Shown: positions 56,289 to 64,000 of the stretch, one piece after another
Layout: each line of letters starts with the position of its first letter
Numbering within the stretch: position 1 is the first letter of the stretch
DNA from: Cetorhinus maximus
Taxonomy: Eukaryota
DNA length: 64,000 nucleotides
Assembly (NCBI RefSeq): GCF_964194155.1
Contig: NC_135892.1
Span: 4,402,001 to 4,466,000 of the forward strand
Direction of reading: 5' to 3'
The notes under the pieces: model-generated
The model's database searches: none
The model's input: the letters and a program-made list of their open reading frames with translations, nothing else
What the model was told of the DNA's origin: nothing
Program-made: the position numbers and the translations under genes

Positions 56289-57995
56289 CCCCCCCCCCCC
56301 CCCACCTTAAACCAGCTTATATTTCACCCCTCTCCTAACTATACTCAGTTCTGCTGAAGGGTCATGAGGACTCGAAATGTCAACTCTTTTCTTCTCCGCC
56401 GATGCTGCCAGACCTGCTGAGTTTTTCCAGGTAATTCTGTTTTTGTTCTGGATTTCCAGCATCCGCAGTAGTTTTTCGTTTTTAAATCTACCATTAGATT
56501 GGGTTCAGAACCAATCAAACATGTGGTAGGGAACCAAAGTCACATGTAAGACTGTCTGAGAGGCAGGTTCCCTTCACTGACTGACACTAGTGAATCAATT
56601 GGGTTTTTAACAACATAAGGTATACCATAAATATATTCATTACTTTTCATGGGCGGATTTGCTTGGCCAAAGTACCATAACCGCTTGGTTATTATGATCT
56701 TGGTTGACATTTAAAGCCTAGTGTAATATCTGGTGTTTGTTGCTTTTGAAGTCGAGGAAGATTGTTTGGAGAGACATAATGGAACCATTGACTGAAGCAT
56801 TTCAAATTCATCTTCAGGTTAGGTTTGAATTCATTTGGAAAAACAAGCTAAAGATTTTCCATTGAGAAAATAAGTACATTTTTTACAGAAATAGCAATCC
56901 TTTTGGGTTTCTGAGTTTGAACGTTAGAAGCAACAGGCTGTGTTAATTACCCATTTGTTTGTCAAGTTCTCTGGCTATCTCTGAAGTAAAATTAAACTGT
57001 TCATAAAATAATATCCTATAACAGCAACTTGCATTTATGCAGTGTCTTTACCTTGGAAAAAAACTTCAAAGGAGCATAACTGGGGGAAAAAGCCTGCCAC
57101 AGAAGAAGGTAGTAGGATATTAAGATAGGTGACGAGAAGCTAGGCCAAAGAGATTTTAAGGAGGGGCTTAATCGAGGAAAGAGGCAGAAGTTTAAGGAGG
57201 ACATTTCAGGGCTTAAAGCCTAGACAAGCTAATGGCACAGCCACTAATGGTGGGGGTGAAAGGATTGGGGCTGCACAAGAGACCCGAGTTAGAGGAAGGC
57301 AGAATTCTTGGAGGATTGTAGGGCCAGAGGTTAGATATAGGAAAGGGTGAGACTGTGGAGGGATTTGAACATATACAACTTAGTTTGGAAATCAGAAATC
57401 GTAATAAAATAAGAGGAAGCAGAAACTCATTACTTGCAGGAAATTTGTGCAGATGACACAGACTCACGCTCGTTTATTTCTTCATTAAAGTTATATAAAT
57501 GTAAGTTCATGCAGCCTCTCCCTGTAGCTGACAGTGATGCCCCTGGGGCAAATACGAACTTCAAGCCTTGTCTTTTGAGACAAGCTGAGGGCTTCAAGTG
57601 AAGCTCTTGATGAAGATGTTCAAAAGGTACAAAAGACAATTTTATAGGGAGGTTTAACTATGTTACTGCAAAATGTGAAATAGTTAAACGATTTTGTTAT
57701 ATCACAAACCTTTTTTTGTGAGGACTTAGTGGGAAAGATGTGACAGATATCTGCCCCTGCGCACTCTCTTCTACCCCTAGAAAAAAAATGAGGTTTTCTT
57801 ACTGGTGATCAGGAATATGTTTATATGAAATAATTAATTTCCTATCTTTCTTTATAGTATGAAAATCCATGGACGATTCCAAACTTACTATGTATGGCAA
57901 GGATTGGCTTGTCACCATATTTGGGCTACCTGATTGTGGAAGAGGAATTCAATTTAGCTCTGGGTCTTTTTACTTTGGCAGGAATTACTGATCTG
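51432..57995 (+). CDS. CRLS1: Cardiolipin synthase (CMP-forming), 5' part of gene (exons 1-2; continues beyond window end)
   Basis: Exons 51432-51848 and 57858-57995 join in phase 0; [11 protein letters not shown]...LAGITDL marks the start of the CDP-alcohol phosphatidyltransferase domain; lies downstream of MCM8 as in other vertebrates. Confidence 0.93.
51870..53990. repeat. Compound C/T/A-rich minisatellite in CRLS1 intron 1 (16-mer CACTCCATCACCCTCT, 14-mer CACTCCATCATGTT, 30-mer higher-order unit, degenerate flanks)
   Basis: Tandem units visible at 52090-53260; source of the S/H/P/T ORFs. Confidence 0.96.
55949..55987 (-). ncRNA. Minimal type-I hammerhead ribozyme-like motif (variant core)
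   Basis: - strand AGUU-CUGCUGA-A-GGGUC(AUGAG)GACUC-GAAA-CG-UC-AACU: helix I AGUU/AACU, helix II, palindromic ACGU helix III and GUC site; core has C where consensus has A6. Confidence 0.65.
56347..56385 (+). ncRNA. Hammerhead ribozyme-like motif, sense copy in CRLS1 intron 1
   Basis: AGTT-CTGCTGA-A-GGGTC-ATGAG-GACTC-GAAA-TG-TC-AACT. Confidence 0.55.
57015..57400 (-). mobile_element. L2-like 3' fragment
   Basis: ACAGCAACTTGCATTTATG end, purine-rich body similar to 17030-17580. Confidence 0.55.
57858..57995 (+). CDS. CRLS1: CRLS1 coding exon 2
   Basis: tag|[46 protein letters not shown]|gtgag; 138 bp. Confidence 0.96.
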
Positions 57996-59984
57996 GTGAG
58001 TAATTGCCTCTATCACAATTGAATATATTTTGTCGAATTTACACTTTTTAAGAGCATACCTTTCAAATTTGCTAATGAAGCATATAATTAGCTTTTAAAT
58101 GCATGCTTCTGTATGTTGTTGTACCACATCCATTGTGTACAAAATTTTGACATTTGAGTATTATGTTGAAAGACAATTGCCTGGATTTTGCAATTTAATG
58201 ATGTTGGAATTCAGTGTTTGCCATCATTACAAATGTAACACTAGCAGCCACTTTTGATGTTCATACATGTCCAGTTATGGAAATCCAGATGTTGCTGTCA
58301 AGGATTCTTTGGTTGTCCATAAAAGTTGCTTAAGCAATTACTTGAGTTGATGCGGACTTTAACTTTTAAGCTGATAGCCTTGCTGTAAAGACCTTTGAAA
58401 TAATTGTGCCTTGTTGAATGAGGTGTAACTAGCATGTTTAATGGTGTATTAAATTCATAATTACTGTCGAATGATCCCTCTGGCCCTGAGAAACTCATTT
58501 CATATTTGTCAAATATCTCCATTACGATAAGTTCCACACTTGTATCTTTTTTAGAGTTTGTTTATGATATTTCAGCTTCTAATTTAACCCATGTGTATGT
58601 CCCAATTTTTTTTTTTTGCTATCTGTAAAATGATTAAAAAGAGAAGGACAATTGGCTATTTCCTGCTTTGCTGTCTATGAGGCTACCTCGAAATGATTGG
58701 CTGTTCAGCCTGCTTGATGACATCATTTCTGGATGCTCGTGGTCTCCATAAGCTGAAGCAGTTGGAAGTAATCTTGGGAAAGGAGAAATTCACTCCACTG
58801 AGATCACTAGACCTTTGTGGGCAGCTTTCTTCGAGGACAAGCACTGTCTCTTTGCCACTGAATGCAAAATCTGGGCTAGTTACTAATGGAAATATCAACT
58901 TTGGTATAATAGTTAACACACTGTAAAATGTATTTTCAAAGGTTGTTTTTTAAAGTTGTGTTGGATATTCTGAAGAAAATGCTCCCTTGTACTGTAACTT
59001 CTGTAAAGAGGAACTTGGGGATTCAGTAAGTTTAATTTCATCATTAAGCTCATCTAGCATGTTGACACTAATATCCTGTAGGATAAATAATCACACAATA
59101 TAATTTATTTTGATATATCGCTAATAGGTTTCTTGTATGTTTTTAATTCCGATCAAATTACTTCTGCCACTATTGATGATCAAGCAGCCAGTATTATGCA
59201 GTTTGGAATGCTGTTCCTTCTACAATCCAAGTTTAAAAAGGCAAAATTCAGTTTTTCCACAGTTTAAAGAGACATTGCCATTGTAATGTGACCATACATA
59301 TCAAAGTTTCACATGTTCATATTGTGTTTTATTGTAAGCCTAACTGTTTAATTAATTTTTAAAAATAAAATAACATCAGACGAACCATGAACAAGTTTCC
59401 TATTTTGGTGTATAAAATGGGAGCTAGTAATTTGCTGTTTAACTATGATTTGTGAACTGCAGATGTTCAAATTATAATGAAAATTCCCTTTTGTGCCTGT
59501 GGTTAAAAAGAGTACAACTAAACAAAAATAGGTCAGTTTTGAATTTGAGCAAGGTGTGAACTTGGAGCAGGCATTATAGGAAATAGTGGAATCAATCAGT
59601 TCATTCTTTCAGTAATTTCAGGTCCATCTTATCCATGGAAAAATCCAGGTTAGTTTGATACCTACCACTCTAATAATGTTGTAGCGCATTATGAGATTGT
59701 AAAATTTAAGAAGTAAACAAGTGTCTACCTCCTGTCATCGGGACATTTCATAATCTCAAAAAATATAAATATACATTAAATTCATGAGGCTTCTTTTATA
59801 CTTTTTTCACGATTGAACCAGTAGGAACATTTTTTTGTTGTTGCCTAATGTAAGTGAATTTAGATAACTTCTTGAATCTGAATTGTATTTGGGAAATTTC
59901 AGTTCTGTCCTCAGAATGATTTTAGTAGCAGGATTTGTAACTTTGTATGTAAGACTATATACAAAGTACAGAGAAGCCTGTTTA

Positions 59985-60240
59985 TAAAAGCAGAATACTG
60001 CAGATGCTGGAGATATGAAATAAAAACAGCAAGTGCTGGAAAAACTCCAAAGTTTAGCAGCATCTGTGGAGCGCGAGAGAGACTGAGTTAATGTCTTGAG
60101 TCTAATATGACTCTTCTTCAGAACGTTTTGAAGTTGAAGTTCTGAAGAAGAGTCATGTTAGACTCAAACATTAACTCTCTCTCTCTCACTCTACAGCTGC
60201 TGCCAGACCTGCAGAGTTTTTCCAGCATTTTCAGTTTCTA
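59985..60240. mobile_element. Older Penelope-derived fold-back with decayed CUGAAGA hammerhead motifs in both arms
   Basis: GAGTC-TAATAT-GACTCTTCTTCAGAAC facing GTTCTGAAGAAGAGTC-ATGTTA-GACTC. Confidence 0.85.
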
Positions 60241-60448
60241 TATTAAACAAGCACTATTGCTATAGAAGGATGCTGGATATAACTAAACCAGGCTGTAGCC
60301 ATTTGTCAAATTACCGCCTGACCAGAGTTAATGAACTGTCTTTTAGGAATTGCTAAATGTAAAACATGTCATTGTGTTCATTGGGTTTTTAAAGTATAAA
60401 ATCAGTGCATTTTAACAAAGTGTCTGATTGATCCATTCCATGAATGGA

Positions 60449-60585
60449 AGCTGGGATTTTCCGGTCCTGCCCGTGGCAGGAATCGTCGCGGACGGGACAG
60501 AAAATTTGATGGAACAGTCAAAGGTTCGTTGACTTCGGGCAGCAATTTCCAGTTCTGTGGCGGGCGGGACCGGAAAATCGCGGCC
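60449..60585. mobile_element. MITE (PIF/Harbinger-like ends)
   Basis: Terminal inverted repeats GCTGGGATTTTCCGGTCC ... GGACCGGAAAATCGCGGC; GC-rich patch in an AT-rich intron. Confidence 0.65.
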
Positions 60586-60729
60586 GAAGAGTCAGACAAT
60601 GATGTTGGCATATTAGCTTGGTTTATCAATTTAATTTGCATGCACTTGATGTTTTGGTTAATACCATTTTGATTGGTATGTTTTGTTTGCTCTTCATAAC
60701 TGACAGATGCAAGTATGGTTTTGTATTTT

Positions 60730-61010
60730 AAAAAAAAGAAAGATATGCATTCATATAGCGCCTTTCATGACCTCGGGATGACCCTAAGCGCCTTAAGACT
60801 AATGAAGCCTGGTCACTCTTGCAATGTAGGATATATGGCAGCCAATTGCACAGCGAACAGTAATCTGAAAATGACCTTTAGTCATGTTGGTTGAGGGGTA
60901 AATATTGACCAGGTCACTCGGGAGGACTCCCCTGCTCTTCCTCAAAATAGTGCCTTGGGGTCTTTTACATCTGCCTGGTTTAACACATCATCCAAAAGAC
61001 AACAGTTTGA
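60730..61010 (-). mobile_element. SINE with L2-like tail
   Basis: GCATTCATATAGCGCCTTTCATGACCTC...GGTAAATATTGACCAGG, similar to 48120-48310. Confidence 0.6.
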
Positions 61011-64000
61011 ACAATAAATAGATAGTGATTTAAGATAGCCCCAACAAAGGCTGAGGTACCAGATTAAGTTGCCAGCCTAAATAGGCAATCAATCAATCAA
61101 TCTTTGTACACCAGGTTTCCAATTAACATCTTTTTAAAGATACTTCTTTCCATACATCCTTTGCCCCTCGCTCCCCCCCAAAGATCTAGGATGGAATTGC
61201 ATCTTCAGGTATGATACAAATGCTGAAGTTGAAGCATAGATCTTCATTCTTTCTGTCAAGCAGCCTGTCATCAAATAACCTCTCCTTAATTTCGAGCTAC
61301 TGTTTGTTTACACGCTTGCTAAACATTAAGAATCTATTTAGTGGGGCAGTTAATTTTCAAGAAACCTTAATGCCTAAGGTCTGAGACATTTTAAGTATTA
61401 TTCCCGCTTATTGAACTTCGTTGCACAGTCTGGGATTTTAGTTTTGTGCAGTTAACGTGATTATTCTTTAGCCAAACATAAAGGACACCAATCAGAATTG
61501 AGAAGTTTATGAAAGCTGCTGTTTTGATCAAGGACAACTTCCCAGATGGGTATCCTATATATTTTCCCCACAGTTGCAGCTATCGTTACAGTGCATATTG
61601 ATAGCCCATATGGATGAGTTAGACCTGTATAATATTGCATTCCTTCAATCGAGTTCTTTATTAATGGATGATTTCTCTTCAAAAACAGTGAAGTGTTCAA
61701 GGATTGTTTTTCTAAAATGATCCAAATATTTCACTTCTTCATACTTTGATAGTTCAGTTACTGAGGCTCTGCAATAATCACTGGTATTATTAATGTTACT
61801 GTACAAGTTATTAATACAGTGCTAAGATGCTGAGTTAATACCATAAAACATTTAATTTTTTAAAAATGTAACATTGTTTTTAGCTCTCATAAAGGAAGAT
61901 GGAATATAAAAGGTTAGAACATGCATGCTTTGTTCTGTTTTTTTATATATAAAACCAAGTCAGTAAAGAACTGACAGCATTTCTAGAATCTTCAACTTCT
62001 AAATTATCGATTACATAATTCATATGACTATGCACATAGTTTTACAGGCATCTTTGAAGATAAAATGCTATTTTTTGCTTCAGAGCTTTTTTTTTGAATA
62101 TGGTCCCAAAACATTTGAGAATCCATTAAAAAAAATACTGTCTGAAATCATGCAGTTCTATGCTTTTAAGCATGAGCTTTTGGCCTTTATATTTGCATTG
62201 GGTTGATTATTTTTATCTGCTTTCTATTTTGTTTTTTTTTAGGCAGTAATGAATGAGAAACTTTTTTAAACTTTTGTTTGTTTAACTTTGGAAAATTTGA
62301 ATTTCTCTCTGCGTCAAATGCTGCAATGATTCTTTTCCCTGATTTGGTACAAGGATATAAATAAATCCCTGGTTTTAGTAAGCTACTATTTTGACACTCC
62401 ATGGAACTGAGCACTAAAATAATCAGTGGTTTGCATAAACTGATAGTCTTTAAGTTTATTATTATTAATGCCACTACGTCATGATGGCAGCCAACACTGG
62501 GATCAAAGGAAAAGATCATCCCAGTGATAATGTATGCGGATACTTATTAGGAATGCTAAACCGAGATAAAACTAAAATCAAATTAACTATTGGCCCTTGT
62601 CATTGTCCCCGATCATAATGTGAACATACCTTCAATGCCTGGCTCATAATGTATGAACTCTTCAGTGTTGTAATATATAACTGGAAGGTGTGTGAATCCA
62701 GTTCAATTCAAAATGGGACATTTGAATGTACCATAATTAATTTGCAAATCTTTTCTGTGAAAAGGTCACACTTTTTTTTTTGGTTATAATTTTTGTGCTT
62801 ATTTAAGGGAATAATTTCCCGTTTGCAGTAAAATTTGTAAGTGATTTCATTACAAATGCAGAGGAATCCTCCTCCTCCTCCATCAACCCCTTTTCCACCT
62901 TTTAGTACTTGAAAATGAAGTGTTTTGCTTTCCAGGCTCCCGGCATCACGCCATGCACCCTAAGTCAGATACAACATGGTTAGTTTCAAAATAAAGCTCT
63001 CCCCAATCCGTCCAAACAGCATTCTACAGTCCCCGTCTGGGGTGCGATCCCAGTTGTACCCGTGTGTGTTCCATTTCCCAGACCAAACCATCCAATAGCC
63101 CCTCAGAGAGAGACAGTTTTATGCTATGGAGTTATATCTACCAGGAACTGGGCTGGGACTGCCTAAACTCATTTCACATGAGACATTTGGAGATAAATTC
63201 ATTCACCAGTTTAATTTGAATTTGATATAAGGCTTAGAGATGAAGGATCAATGATTTAATCCAGCCTATTGAGGTGGAACCCATGGCAGCTGGATCCACT
63301 TAATCACAGGAGTGGAGACTGGAACTCTGAATCCTGGGTTGACATCTGGTGGGATACTGTAATCTGTTAGGCATGGTGCACCTCTATCTTGTAGGTTGCG
63401 GGAGCCCTCAAAACCCTGTCACCCTATAGGACTAATCACCTATTGGCTGGTATAAACATCGTCACAACCATCTTCATAAAGGACTAATCATGCATGTCAG
63501 ACTGTTAATCACCTACGAATTCTGCTGCTTCATAAATATTCTCCAAACAAGTAGTATGTAGATACGAAAATTACAGCATATCTCCCAGTGTAGCAGAGCA
63601 AAGCTATGGAAGTTGTACGGTGTTAAGACTTGTTTACTTTGGCCTCCACATTGGTTAACCTTTAGCAGTTTACAGTACTTTCATACATTAATTAGGAAAT
63701 AAGTGTAGAACAGGACAGCACCATTGTTTGAAAAAGATAGAAGGTAATCTTTTACAGCAATAAAACATCTTCATTTTCCAAAGTACAGGAGATGTGTTAT
63801 TTTCTTTCAATATATCAATTTATTTAATGGACCATTGAGATAATGTATCTTGCACACTTTTTGAAAGAGTCCTTTTATAAATTACAACACTGTTTGAATG
63901 TCTGCTGAAGTTAATGAGATGTAGGAAATACTAAAATACCACTCCGAAAATTTACATATTTTACTAAATTTAGGCAGGTACTTCTAAAAAGCGTTGTGTT

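Larger units (their letters stand above)
55884..56483. mobile_element. 600-bp Penelope-derived fold-back insertion with 15-bp TSD
   Basis: About 250-bp inverted arms around 56135-56152; AAATCTACCATTAGA at 55869-55883 and 56484-56498; arm similar to Penelope 3' UTR at 5146-5400. Confidence 0.95.

Noticed and set aside
58000-64000. CRLS1 exon 3 or another gene
   Set aside because: I found no LDG.IAR-type CDP-alcohol phosphotransferase motif or convincing exon; AT-rich intron with repeats.

Overview
Vertebrate genomic DNA; the repeat families suggest a shark or other elasmobranch (inference). It carries the conserved gene block TRMT6 (- strand, coding exons 1-4, runs off the left edge), MCM8 (+ strand, complete, 18 coding exons, about 827 aa) and CRLS1 (+ strand, exons 1-2, runs off the right edge). 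TRMT6 and MCM8 are head-to-head on a CpG-island promoter. Most ORF-track entries are LINE fragments or minisatellite artefacts. Introns contain nested CR1/L2/RTE-like LINEs, SINEs, two solo LTRs, MITEs and two Penelope-like (GIY-YIG) elements. The most notable structure is a family of short Penelope-derived fold-back insertions with 10-15 bp target-site duplications (TSDs) and minimal hammerhead-ribozyme motifs. The youngest subfamily has a variant CUGCUGA core. One copy inserted exactly at an MCM8 splice donor and duplicated it, creating a potential recursive splice site or alternative C-terminus. Exon coordinates were read by hand; repeat boundaries are approximate.
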